From a virus (taxonomy: Duplodnaviria > Heunggongvirae > Uroviricota > Caudoviricetes), in the IMG/VR virus record IMGVR_UViG_3300026549_000070: a stretch of DNA of 64,000 nt, one strand, 5' to 3'. Position numbers and translations under genes: made by a program. Below the pieces are notes generated by a model, which worked only from the letters and a program-made list of their open reading frames with translations, was not told the origin of the DNA and searched no databases. The first letter of the stretch is position 1; every line of letters begins with the position of its first letter. Shown piece by piece: positions 28,277-37,592 of the stretch.

Positions 28277-29785
28277 ATGAACGAAACACAATTCACTGCA
28301 TCGAACGACGATGACATCTTTAACTCTTGGGTTGCCTCTGAAGACGAAAGAAAAAAGAAGGAAGAGGAACGCAAGAAAAATTCCGGAAACTATCAGAAAC
28401 GCGAGTATGAAGCAATTAAGTATGTTGGCCTTTCAAAAGAGCATCCAACTATCGTACGCTTTGTAGGCAACTTTGTTGCAGAAGACCTTAAGGCTCATCG
28501 CCCAAATCCTTCTGATATGAAGTTTATGCACATCTCAAAAGTTAAGTCTGATGACGGAAAAACTGTTTTCTATCTCTACCTCCCACTTCGTGCTGATGAA
28601 CCTGAACAGGATCACTTGATGTGGAAAATCATTGACAAGGTTTATGCAAAGGAATGGGTAAAGGACCCTGCTACAGGAAAGAACAAACCTATTGAAACAT
28701 TCAAAATCAATCACCCAGATGTATACGAAAAGGTAAACAAAGGCGGCTATACAGAAGCTGACGGCAAATGGCCTTATATGTATGCACGCGGTTGGAAAGG
28801 TCCTGAAATGTTGCTCATCAATGTTATCGACCGCCGCGACGATTGGTGTAAAACAAATAAACACACAAAGTTGATTTCAAAGAATGTAAATGTTACACCT
28901 GATGGAAAGGAATATGCTGACTTCGGTGTACCTGCATTTGGATTCTTTGGTCCACTTACAAATCTTCGCAACAACTTCAAAATGGGTTGGGAGAAGTATG
29001 ATGTTGTAATCACAAAGACAGGTGAAAAGCTTGATACTGTAACAAATATGTTCAACGGTACAGCATTTACAAATCCTGCTGCAATCAAGGCAAATCTTGA
29101 CAAGTCAATGGGTATTGACCCTGCTGAGTACAAGTTCATTTCTCAGGAACCTGCTTTGACAGCAGAAGAGTTGAATTACGCTCGTTACGACCTTGACGAA
29201 AACTTCCGCGTAACATCTTATCATACTATTGATAAGTACCTTGGAAAGACAATTCAGTTGATTGATGCTGCTTGTAATGAAGACGCTTTGAAAGCAGGAA
29301 AGAAGGCAGACAGCCACTTCTATGAAGATCTTCAGGCACTTGTGAAAGAAGAGTCTGAACAGTGGGCAAAGGAAAAGGCTGCAAGAGAAGCCGCAGCTGC
29401 AAATGCTGCTCCAGCTGAAACTCCTGCACAGGAAACTGCTCCAGCTGCTGATGCTGCTCCTACAACACAGGCTGCTCCTTCATTCGACAATATTGCTCCA
29501 GTACAGGAAGCCGCTCCAGTAACAAGAACTGTTGCTCAGGAAGCACCTGCTTCAGGTTTGACTCCTGAAAAGCTTGCAGTTCTCAAAGGCTACAATGAAC
29601 TTTCAGCAGAACAGAAATCTTACATCAAAGATGTAATTCTCAACTCTGACGGTTCGCTTAACCACATTGAATGGACTGACACAGCTCCTTCACTTCTCGA
29701 TTGCCCAGTAGAACAGGGAGGATGTGGACAGCTGAGTCCCAACTCATTTGCGGTCTGTCCAGCTTGTTCAAAACATTTTCAGTAA
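28277..29785 (+). CDS. 502-aa protein with an Ala/Pro-rich low-complexity linker and a C-terminal zinc ribbon; possibly a DNA-binding protein such as an SSB, but unproven
   Basis: RBS aataggagaaacaaatg. Repeat-like linker AAPAETPAQETAPAADAAP. C-terminal CPVEQGGCGQ...CPACSKH. Confidence 0.4.
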   Translation: MNETQFTASNDDDIFNSWVASEDERKKKEEERKKNSGNYQKREYEAIKYVGLSKEHPTIVRFVGNFVAEDLKAHRPNPSDMKFMHISKVKSDDGKTVFYLYLPLRADEPEQDHLMWKIIDKVYAKEWVKDPATGKNKPIETFKINHPDVYEKVNKGGYTEADGKWPYMYARGWKGPEMLLINVIDRRDDWCKTNKHTKLISKNVNVTPDGKEYADFGVPAFGFFGPLTNLRNNFKMGWEKYDVVITKTGEKLDTVTNMFNGTAFTNPAAIKANLDKSMGIDPAEYKFISQEPALTAEELNYARYDLDENFRVTSYHTIDKYLGKTIQLIDAACNEDALKAGKKADSHFYEDLQALVKEESEQWAKEKAAREAAAANAAPAETPAQETAPAADAAPTTQAAPSFDNIAPVQEAAPVTRTVAQEAPASGLTPEKLAVLKGYNELSAEQKSYIKDVILNSDGSLNHIEWTDTAPSLLDCPVEQGGCGQLSPNSFAVCPACSKHFQ

Positions 29786-29823
29786 TAACTAATTCATATA
29801 GGATAAAACACAATGCCACTGTG

Positions 29824-29864
29824 GGCCAGCAATTTCCTAAGTTGCTGGCCTCCTATGTTTTTAT
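29824..29864 (+). terminator. probable rho-independent terminator
   Basis: ggccagcaa-tttcctaa-gttgctggcc followed by tcctatgttttta. Confidence 0.4.
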
Positions 29865-30040
29865 ACACCTGACAGAGAGTTTGCATTGACTTATGAATAC
29901 GACTGTTGTGACTGTCTTGTTATGGGCCTTTTTACAGCAGACGGAATAAAAATGTACGGAACATATGATAAATTAAAAAGTTGTATTGAATTTAATGTAT
30001 TTGCAGACGGCGACCTTTTAGAAGATTTTTGCATAAATAT

Positions 30041-30080
30041 TTGAACTTTCAAATATTTGCTTTTATATTATTACTGTAAA
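30041..30080 (+). promoter_or_regulatory. class I conserved promoter
   Basis: ttgaactttcaaatatttgcttttatattattactg, followed by aaggagcaaattatg. Confidence 0.55.
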
Positions 30081-30101
30081 TCAAACAACAAGGAGCAAAT
30101 T

Positions 30102-30437
30102 ATGGCAAAGGCCCAGTACACCGAAGAACAGTTTAAAGATTTTGGAGACTTCTACGCTTACACTGATGTTTTTGACTGGCATTATGTAAATATCCTTGAA
30201 TGGAAGAATGGAATTGCTCTTGTTGAACTTGAGAACGGTAAGGCAATTTTCAACGGACACAACAACAAAGCTTATTTCTTCGAGGAAGGTAAAGTTCCTG
30301 AAGATTGGATAAAAGATCAGTTTGACAAATGCGCAATCAAATACAGCTGCGCTTATACCGTTGCAAAGATGATTGAAGACAAAGCTTATAATGAGCTTCA
30401 GGAAATCTGGGAAGCAAAAAGAAGAGCTGACTACTAG
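30102..30437 (+). CDS. hypothetical early protein (start adjusted to MAKAQYTEEQ)
   Basis: The class I cassette RBS sits directly before the ATG at 30102. The track start at 30057 lies inside the promoter. Confidence 0.5.
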   Translation: MAKAQYTEEQFKDFGDFYAYTDVFDWHYVNILEWKNGIALVELENGKAIFNGHNNKAYFFEEGKVPEDWIKDQFDKCAIKYSCAYTVAKMIEDKAYNELQEIWEAKRRADY

Positions 30438-30449
30438 GAGGTAGGATAT

Positions 30450-30839
30450 ATGGAAGAAAGATTGCACATGCTGACTCAACAGTCAATCGATGCTATGAAT
30501 GAAAACGAGAATGACAAGAAGTACAAAGTTGCTTCAGTCGGCATTTCCAAACGGAAGGTAAGCTTCTGGGAACGCTGGACAGGATGGTACACATTCCTTG
30601 TTGCTGATCTTGTTGCAGATGTTGCATTTGAAATTGCAAAAGGACTGGGTGCTGTTGCAGGATTTATCGCAATGTTCGTAGCTGTTGCTGCTTTTGTTGC
30701 CGCAGGTCTTTGGTACTACAGATGGTTTGAAAAAATCTTGGAAAGAACTTATGTTGTTAATTTAATTGAAAAGGAGAAAGCTGATGTCAAAGAATCAGAA
30801 GGAAACGAAAAAGTTTCCGAAAGTGAAAGTAATTCTTAA
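30450..30839 (+). CDS. membrane protein (129 aa)
   Basis: RBS ggaggtaggatatatg; two TM helices. Confidence 0.45.
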   Translation: MEERLHMLTQQSIDAMNENENDKKYKVASVGISKRKVSFWERWTGWYTFLVADLVADVAFEIAKGLGAVAGFIAMFVAVAAFVAAGLWYYRWFEKILERTYVVNLIEKEKADVKESEGNEKVSESESNS

Positions 30840-31089
30840 TACAGTTCTTGCTTTGCTTTTCGGTTCTGCTGGCCCGCTTGCTGAAACTTTTGTTCAGAAC
30901 AATGCCCAGACGGCTGCAGTAATTGAAGGTTTGAAAAATGGCAGCAATGCAGTTGCAACTTATACTGCAAGCTTGCCACACATCGCTGCGGTTATCTTTG
31001 TGATTATCGCAATATGTTTTGCAATCAGAGCAGCAGATCTTGTAGTAAGATATATCAAGGACAAGATCGATGAAGACAAAGACAATTAA
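30784..31089 (+). CDS. membrane protein (~101 aa; start adjusted)
   Basis: RBS aaaggagaaagctgatg; hydrophobic helices. Confidence 0.4.
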   Translation: MSKNQKETKKFPKVKVILNTVLALLFGSAGPLAETFVQNNAQTAAVIEGLKNGSNAVATYTASLPHIAAVIFVIIAICFAIRAADLVVRYIKDKIDEDKDN

Positions 31090-31453
31090 GTTGCTTTTTG
31101 CAACATTACTTGTTGGACTTCTTGCTTCCTGCGAGCCTGCGAAAAGCTATTACCCGTGGGAAAATGAAAGTCCAATTGAGAAGCCCGCTCCTGTTACAGA
31201 ACAGGTTGTTCCTAAGCAGTTTTCAACAAATGCAAAACTGCTTGATACTAAGGCAGGTTATAACGGGTATTTATTTCTGTTGTACTATCCAGGGAATGAC
31301 AAAGCACCTGGTGAATGGAAAACAGAGAAATATGTTATAGTTGCTTTGTGGTTTGATGGAGATAAATCTTATCACGATGATTCGCAAACTTATACAGATT
31401 ACACTACAGCTAGAGACACCTTTGATAAAGGTCGTGTAAAGCCTAAAAACTAA
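31070..31453 (+). CDS. lipoprotein (127 aa)
   Basis: Lipobox LLASC. Confidence 0.45.
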   Translation: MKTKTIKLLFATLLVGLLASCEPAKSYYPWENESPIEKPAPVTEQVVPKQFSTNAKLLDTKAGYNGYLFLLYYPGNDKAPGEWKTEKYVIVALWFDGDKSYHDDSQTYTDYTTARDTFDKGRVKPKN

Positions 31454-31476
31454 AATAATTTTTTGGAGGTATATGA

Positions 31477-32478
31477 ATGAAAAAGTTGTCATTCATATTC
31501 GCATTGCTTGTTGCAATGACAGTATCTTTTACAGGTTGTGTTCGTCCTTACGACAAGCCTGAGTATGTGGAAGTTGGTCCTAATGAGACTGCCTTCGTAA
31601 TTCCGATGTTCACTGACAAAAATGTGAAAACAGAAGATCAGGTTCAGTTGAACGAAAATGTTGAGTTTTATCAGAACCACTTGGTTTCAAGCAAACTCAT
31701 TCAGATTCCGCACAAGTGGATTAAGACAGGCCGCTTTGCCCGCTCAGGTTATTACAAAGGTACAGTTCGTGTAATTACAGTCGACTTAACACCGCGCTCA
31801 GGAAACTGGCTACCGAATGAAAAGAATGCAATCAAAGTTGAAACAGCAGCTTCACAGGGTATTACAATTCCTATGTCATACACAGTACGAATTAAGCCTG
31901 AGGATGCAGCTCTATACTTAAGTTACTACAAAGCAGTTGACTTCCAGTCGGTAATTGATACGCAGATTAACCGTTACTTTGCACAGGAAGCAGGAAAGGC
32001 ATTTCATACAGTTGAATATAAAGATGTTGCTAAACAGCGTGATGTAATTTTAGAAGCTGCAGTTAAATCGACTAAAGAACACTTCAAGGCGCAAGGCATT
32101 ACTATTGACCAGTTGGCAATCGTTGATGGTTTAGTTTACGAAGATAAGTCTTTACAGACAAATATTGATGAACAGGCTAAGATTCAGGCACAGATTGTTC
32201 TTGAGGAACAGAAAGCAAGTCTTATATCTAAACAGAAAGCAAACAAGATTGCAGAAGCAAACATTGAAGCAGATGTTGCTCGTGCTAAAGCATCTACTCT
32301 TGACCTTGAATTAAAGCGTAAGCGTGGTGAGCAGGAAATTGAAAATACAAAAGTTATTGCACAGGCTCAGGCTGAAGCAATCAAGCAGGGTAAATACGCT
32401 CCTGTACCTGATACAGTTGTAGTTCAGGATTTGAAAGCACTCGGTTCGGTTCGAGATTTGATGCAGCCAAATAAATAA
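31477..32478 (+). CDS. SPFH/band-7-like lipoprotein with a C-terminal coiled coil (tentative)
   Basis: Signal with lipobox FTGC. GITIDQLAIVDGLVYEDKSLQTNIDEQ plus an AQ/AE-rich coiled coil resembles the HflK/C or stomatin C-terminus. Confidence 0.35.
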   Translation: MKKLSFIFALLVAMTVSFTGCVRPYDKPEYVEVGPNETAFVIPMFTDKNVKTEDQVQLNENVEFYQNHLVSSKLIQIPHKWIKTGRFARSGYYKGTVRVITVDLTPRSGNWLPNEKNAIKVETAASQGITIPMSYTVRIKPEDAALYLSYYKAVDFQSVIDTQINRYFAQEAGKAFHTVEYKDVAKQRDVILEAAVKSTKEHFKAQGITIDQLAIVDGLVYEDKSLQTNIDEQAKIQAQIVLEEQKASLISKQKANKIAEANIEADVARAKASTLDLELKRKRGEQEIENTKVIAQAQAEAIKQGKYAPVPDTVVVQDLKALGSVRDLMQPNK

Positions 32479-32492
32479 TAAATCTAAAAATT

Positions 32493-32530
32493 AAGGCCAG
32501 GTTACAAGCCTGGCCTTAAATGTTTTTGTT
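32493..32530 (+). terminator. rho-independent terminator
   Basis: aaggccagg-ttacaag-cctggcctt followed by aaatgtttttgtt. Confidence 0.6.
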
Positions 32531-32551
32531 AATATTTTATTGGAGGCTTAA

Positions 32552-33382
32552 ATGAGAAAATTTACAGTTGAAGAACCGATTGAGAAAAGTCGTAACAATG
32601 ATGATATCGTTGCAGGATCTTTTCTTTACCCACTTTACAACAAAATTATTAGAAAGGACTTTGTTACCACAGGCACTAATGCTTCACAAACTGCAGGACA
32701 GGAAGCTTATGTTGAGATACTTGCGAAGCAAGTTCAACTTGACCCTTATGCTCCTTACATTTATCTTGACAAAAACTTTCAAACACCAAAGAAGTATGTA
32801 AAATCTGAACTTGACTGGTATAAGTCAATGGACTTAAGTATCATTGGTCACGAAGGAATTGAAAGCAACCCTACTTGGCAGTCGTGTTGTACAAAAGACG
32901 AGAAGAAAGAAATCAACAGTAATTATGGTTGGTGTGTGTTCAGTGAAGAAAATGGCTCACAGTATGACAACTGTCTTGAAGTATTGAAAAAAGACAAGAC
33001 AACAAGAAACGCTATCATTGTGTATAACCGCCCAGAAATCTACAAAGATTACAAGCGCGATGGAATGCACGATATGATATGTACAATGCATTCCCACTTC
33101 TTTATCAGAAACAACAAACTTTATATGATTCACAATATGAGAAGTAACGACATTCGTTATGGCTTCATTTGTTCGGATCTCGCTTGGAATTGTTTCGTTT
33201 ATCAGAATATGTATGAAGACTTGAAATCAACATATCCTGACCTTGAAGTAGGAACAATTATTTGGACAAGTGACTCAATGCATCTTTACTCAAGACACTT
33301 TGATGATCTTAAAAACTTTTTTGAGTCTGAGCGAGAATTCAGAAACTCTATGATAAATCCTTCAGGAGGAGAATACTACTAA
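32552..33382 (+). CDS. ThyA-family pyrimidine C5-modifying enzyme, related to thymidylate synthase and dNMP hydroxymethylases; substrate uncertain, possibly dCMP-specific
   Basis: QYDNCLEVLKKDKTTRNAIIVYNRPEIY...MHDMICTMHSHFFI aligns to the ThyA DQL..VI..LK.NP.SRR.I..AWNP.DL...ALPPCH..CQFYV block; the catalytic Cys is retained. NMRSNDIRYGFICSDLAW aligns to QRSxDxxLGxPFNIASY, and an Asp may replace the Asn177 equivalent. Confidence 0.6.
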   Translation: MRKFTVEEPIEKSRNNDDIVAGSFLYPLYNKIIRKDFVTTGTNASQTAGQEAYVEILAKQVQLDPYAPYIYLDKNFQTPKKYVKSELDWYKSMDLSIIGHEGIESNPTWQSCCTKDEKKEINSNYGWCVFSEENGSQYDNCLEVLKKDKTTRNAIIVYNRPEIYKDYKRDGMHDMICTMHSHFFIRNNKLYMIHNMRSNDIRYGFICSDLAWNCFVYQNMYEDLKSTYPDLEVGTIIWTSDSMHLYSRHFDDLKNFFESEREFRNSMINPSGGEYY

Positions 33383-34131
33383 TGGAATTCATACCTTGCA
33401 AAAAGTGCAATAACGGCTGGCTTTATAAAATGACCGATGATGGTATGGTTGCTGTTGAATGCGAATGCCACAAAAAGTGGGATCACGAGAACACAGTTGA
33501 AAAAACTTACAAGCACAACGGCTTTGACATAAGACACTACAATTACAATCCTCGCACTTATGCGGGTACAAAGTCAGTTAAAGATAAAGACCGCATCATC
33601 AACTATGTTGAGCAGTTTGATAAAAATCCTGCGGTTCGTTCTTTAGTATGTTATCTTTACGGACCAAACGGAACTCAGAAAACAACAATGATGTCTTGGG
33701 TAGGACACCAGCTGCTTGATAAAGGCTATTCAGTTCGTTATATGCTGATGAATGACCTCGTAAAGTTGTTAATGGATGCTGAAGATTTCAATCAAGAAAA
33801 AGCAGAAAAAGCAAAAGCAATGGTTGAAAAGCTTGAAGAAACTGATTTGATTATCATTGATGAGGCTTTTGATAAAGAAAAGATGAAATTATATCGGTCA
33901 GGCTATCAACTTTCATACATCGACTCGTGGATTCGCAGAAGAGTTGGAGCATTGAATAAAGGCATCTTTTTTATAAGTAATGTTGAAATCAAAAACATTG
34001 AAGCAAACGGCTTGAGTCATTCAATTCAGGATTTCGTTGAAAGAGAAGTTATGTTGCATAATTGCTATCTTCAGTTCTTGGACAACTATATGCAGTCAAC
34101 AGTAAAAGAGTTTGATGGCAGCTTATTCTAA
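33382..34131 (+). CDS. DnaC/IstB-like AAA+ helicase loader with an N-terminal zinc finger
   Basis: CKKCNNGWLY...CECHKKW. Walker A GPNGTQKTT. Walker B DLIIIDEAF. Confidence 0.55.
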   Translation: MEFIPCKKCNNGWLYKMTDDGMVAVECECHKKWDHENTVEKTYKHNGFDIRHYNYNPRTYAGTKSVKDKDRIINYVEQFDKNPAVRSLVCYLYGPNGTQKTTMMSWVGHQLLDKGYSVRYMLMNDLVKLLMDAEDFNQEKAEKAKAMVEKLEETDLIIIDEAFDKEKMKLYRSGYQLSYIDSWIRRRVGALNKGIFFISNVEIKNIEANGLSHSIQDFVEREVMLHNCYLQFLDNYMQSTVKEFDGSLF

Positions 34132-34152
34132 CTTGGGAGTTAATATAACTAT

Positions 34153-35574
34153 ATGAACCGAACGATTGAAAATCTTGATGAGCAGAACCCAGTACTTATT
34201 GCTGAGTACCGTTTATTAAATGCTCTTTACTTAAATCCACAAAACTTCCTCGAGACTGGTGTTGAAAGAGATGTCTTTGTTCACGAAACTTGTAAAGATA
34301 CTTTTGATGCAATGCAGAAGTTGAATGCAGCAGGCATTCCACAATCAAAAAACGCAATCTTTCAGGATGCATCAGCCCGTAACATTAATGTTACACCAGA
34401 CTTTATTCAGGCATTTATAAATGTAAACACTGACCCAAATGTTGTTATCAAAGATGCAGTTGAGATGCTTCAGGATACTGCTTGTTCTTTGAAAGGACTT
34501 GATTATCTTGAGAAAGTTAAAAAGATTATCAATTCAAATCCTTTAAGAAGCGAAGCCGATAATGAAAAGATTCGTAATTTGCTTTATCAGGCAGAAAATG
34601 AATTGATGCCAATTACAAAGAAAGCAAGAATCAAAACTTTTGATGAAGTTGAACAGTCATATCTTGAAAACTTTGAAGCTCGTAAGAATGGTAAACAGTA
34701 TAAGTTTGGTGATCCTATTTTGGATAAAGCTGTTAAGTATGGACCTGCACCAGGAAGTGGCGGCTTGATTGCAGCAGCAACAGGTATGGGTAAGTCTGCA
34801 TTCTGTCTTAACTTAATCAACCGTTGTATCAATCAAAGAGTTCCTTTAATGTACTATTCATTGGAAATGGGCGAAACAGATACATTTGACCGTATGATGG
34901 CTTTAAGAAGCAACATCGATATGGAAGATCTTGTAAACCCTACTGACCAAGAAACTTGGCAAATGATTAAAGATCAGATTAAAGCACAGTTTGACATTTT
35001 GAAACAGAATCCCAACTTCCGCTTTTCTGAATGTGCTTCAATTTCTTTAACACAAGTTAAGCAGGATATTAAAAAGTTTCAGCAGGACATCGGACAGGAA
35101 TACTGCATTGTTGTATTTGACCTTCTTTCAATGGTTAAAGAGTTTATGATAACTGATGATAAAGGTATGAACTTTGCTCAAGGTATTGAAGTTGCAATCA
35201 ACATTCTTAATGCTATGGCAAAGGAACTTGGTTTTCATTACATTGCTGTTCTTCAGATGAATCGTAAGGGTGAAGGTGAAGGTCGTGCAGATGACCTTGA
35301 TGACTTGAAGAAGTTCCGTCCTGTAAGAAATCAAATCAAAAACTCAGGTGCATTCCTTGAACGCGTTCGTTGGGCAATTGGTTTGTTCCGCGCAAAGTAC
35401 TATGCTGAACTTTACATTGAAGATGAAGACCTTTGGAAAGATATGCCTGACTATTGTGAAGTATCTTTATTGAAGCAAAACCAGGGGACGATAGGCGCAG
35501 TGGGCAAGTATCTTTTTGACCCAAGCATAATGTCAATGGTTCCTGTGGAGGACTCAAATGAAGACGGAGAATGA
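34153..35574 (+). CDS. dnaB: DnaB-family replicative DNA helicase
   Basis: Walker A AATGMGKSAF, YYSLEMGETDTFDRMMAL (the SLEM motif), and the C-terminal RxxxxLxxxKxxRxxxKNSGAFLERVRWAIGLFRAKYY. Confidence 0.75.
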   Translation: MNRTIENLDEQNPVLIAEYRLLNALYLNPQNFLETGVERDVFVHETCKDTFDAMQKLNAAGIPQSKNAIFQDASARNINVTPDFIQAFINVNTDPNVVIKDAVEMLQDTACSLKGLDYLEKVKKIINSNPLRSEADNEKIRNLLYQAENELMPITKKARIKTFDEVEQSYLENFEARKNGKQYKFGDPILDKAVKYGPAPGSGGLIAAATGMGKSAFCLNLINRCINQRVPLMYYSLEMGETDTFDRMMALRSNIDMEDLVNPTDQETWQMIKDQIKAQFDILKQNPNFRFSECASISLTQVKQDIKKFQQDIGQEYCIVVFDLLSMVKEFMITDDKGMNFAQGIEVAINILNAMAKELGFHYIAVLQMNRKGEGEGRADDLDDLKKFRPVRNQIKNSGAFLERVRWAIGLFRAKYYAELYIEDEDLWKDMPDYCEVSLLKQNQGTIGAVGKYLFDPSIMSMVPVEDSNEDGE

Positions 35575-35743
35575 TGATGTAAAGTTTAGAAGTTGCAGCT
35601 GCGGTGCAACTCTAATTCCTATATGGAACGATTGGTGGGATGGCAATAAACACATCAGAGGCATAGACTGCTTCCGTTGTCCTGAATGTTTACAAGACTA
35701 CCCAGCGCCGTCTGACTTTGATACTATTTTGGAAACTCGTTAA
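35558..35743 (+). CDS. small zinc-ribbon protein
   Basis: CSCGA...CFRCPEC. Confidence 0.35.
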   Translation: MKTENDDVKFRSCSCGATLIPIWNDWWDGNKHIRGIDCFRCPECLQDYPAPSDFDTILETR

Positions 35744-35932
35744 TCAAGACAAGGTACAATAACTTTGTACCCAAGAAGTTCAGCAGCGCGTTCTAATGGA
35801 ACTGCTTGTTGTCGATTAAGACAATGTCTGCCTGTTTCTGCATCAGCCATTGAATGATACGGCCCATAGAAATTAAAATTATCATATAGATAATATTCAT
35901 TATGGGAAAAAACAATTTTGAACATATACGAT

Positions 35933-36829
35933 TTAGTTAATATTGATGAACTTCCAATGTAAAGGCTCACCTGTTATAGGATGATGATATGCAAAATTGG
36001 TAATACCCCTTGCTTGAGCAGATATATTACATCCTTTAGCTTTTGGCCCAATCCACTTTGCAGCATCTAATAATGAGTCAAATACTTCATTTGTTTCAAC
36101 ACACATTATTTTCTTTTTTCTGAGTTTACTACTCTTTCTTAGTCCGTTAATTCTTCTTTCAGAGAGTTCTTTATCAGTTTCATATTGCCTTTTCACAATA
36201 AGGGATATTAGCTTTTTATGTTCATCTGAAAGATGTGTTCCTTGTTTAGATTGTGATAATGCTTTTCTAAAATGTTCCTTTTGTTCTTCTGTCATTTTTG
36301 CACATCTTCTTTTTCCACTTTCAGACATTCTTTTCTTCGTATCTTCAGACTTTGGTCTTTTCCCGCCAACGCCTTGTCTTTTATGAATTTCAGCAAGTTC
36401 TTCAGCACTTTTCAAAGACATAGTATGTTTCTGTTTCTCAACTATTGCTTTAAGTTCTTCTGGTGTCTTTCTTGACATAGTCAATTTCTTCTTATTGATT
36501 GAAGCTTGCTTTTCTTCTGGTGTTCTAAATCCTGTAGAAAATTTATGAAAGAAATTACCTAAGTTGTAATTCACATTGGTTTTTGGATTGTATGCTTTAT
36601 CACTTAAAATGCACCAAGTTTCTATAAAAGACGCTTCAAACTCATCATTCGTTTGAAACAAAATGTCGCGTGAAACAAGTCTATCTTCTGGATGATTATG
36701 ATAATAAGATGATGATGTTATGTAGTTATCATTAAGTTTCTTTTGTTTATGAAATCCTACATAAGAATTCCCACTTTGAAATGTTAATTTATAAACATAA
36801 AAGACTGGTGTGACTAATTGATTAGACAT
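35933..36829 (-). CDS. GIY-YIG homing endonuclease with NUMOD-like repeats
   Basis: FYVYKLTFQSGNSYVGF (GIY...YIG) near the N-terminus; C-terminal repeats of the GKRPKSEDTKKRMSES type. Confidence 0.65.
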   Translation of the reverse strand: MSNQLVTPVFYVYKLTFQSGNSYVGFHKQKKLNDNYITSSSYYHNHPEDRLVSRDILFQTNDEFEASFIETWCILSDKAYNPKTNVNYNLGNFFHKFSTGFRTPEEKQASINKKKLTMSRKTPEELKAIVEKQKHTMSLKSAEELAEIHKRQGVGGKRPKSEDTKKRMSESGKRRCAKMTEEQKEHFRKALSQSKQGTHLSDEHKKLISLIVKRQYETDKELSERRINGLRKSSKLRKKKIMCVETNEVFDSLLDAAKWIGPKAKGCNISAQARGITNFAYHHPITGEPLHWKFININ

Positions 36830-36960
36830 TGATTATTCTCCCAAAATAATTGATGTTTAGAGAAAGAAACTGATTGCAGTCAGTTTCTTTTTCGTTTATT
36901 AAATTAGTTATGTTAATATAAAAATGTAGATAAAATTAAAGTAAAAGAGGAAAACAGTTT

Positions 36961-37020
36961 ATGGTAATTAAACGCAAACCGAACTGCCGTGAAGGTGGTA
37001 ATCGGTCTTTTTTTTTTTAG
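36961..37020 (+). CDS. possible 19-aa leader mini-ORF embedded in a terminator
   Basis: atggtaatt...tcttttttttttag encodes MVIKRKPNCREGGNRSFFF. It coincides with a strong hairpin and a T10 run. Confidence 0.2.
   Translation: MVIKRKPNCREGGNRSFFF
36978..37018 (+). terminator. strong rho-independent terminator (or attenuator) ending 8 nt before the 37026 start codon
   Basis: accgaactgcc-gtgaa-ggtggtaatcggt followed by ctttttttttttt. Confidence 0.55.
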
Positions 37021-37025
37021 CAACT

Positions 37026-37379
37026 ATGGACTTCGCTTCACTTCAGGCGCGTCTTGCTTCTATTGACACATTCTTAAATGAATGCCCTGAAGCAACATTT
37101 GATTCACCAGAAGGTCAAGCTGCAAAAGCAGACCCAGTTTTGTACAATGTTTATCGTGATGGTAGTGACACATCAGACTTGCACTCGATGACAGGATTCG
37201 GAACATTCGTTGGTTCAACACATATGAAAGGCATAAAAGTTCACGATGATGTTGATAATAAAGACTATGTTTTTGCTGCAAAGTCAAAGTGCAAAGTTCT
37301 CCGTGATGGAAATGAAGTAACAGTATTTGCTTCAGAATTGATTCCTACAGATCATATCATTGAACATCTTAAGAAATAA
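37026..37379 (+). CDS. hypothetical protein (117 aa)
   Basis: ORF; no RBS-like sequence because the terminator T-run is immediately upstream. Confidence 0.35.
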   Translation: MDFASLQARLASIDTFLNECPEATFDSPEGQAAKADPVLYNVYRDGSDTSDLHSMTGFGTFVGSTHMKGIKVHDDVDNKDYVFAAKSKCKVLRDGNEVTVFASELIPTDHIIEHLKK

Positions 37380-37592
37380 TGGTTGGTGTTATGGTAAGTC
37401 TGCAGGTTATCTTCGCAATGTTGATATGGTTGATAGATGTGATTACTGTTTAATCTTATGGGGGTGGAAAGTCAAAAGGAACAAAACACGACATTGACCT
37501 ATGTATTTCAAAAGATAAACCTCACAAGATAGTCATTTATAATAACACAAGAACGATAGTGTCATAACTAATTTATAAGAGGAAATTAAAGT

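Noticed and set aside
28277-29785. Calling the 502-aa protein a T4 gp32-type SSB
   Set aside because: There is only a weak local resemblance (TIVRFVGNF versus AVIRFLPSK). The Zn site is at the C-terminus rather than in the core, so it is left as hypothetical.
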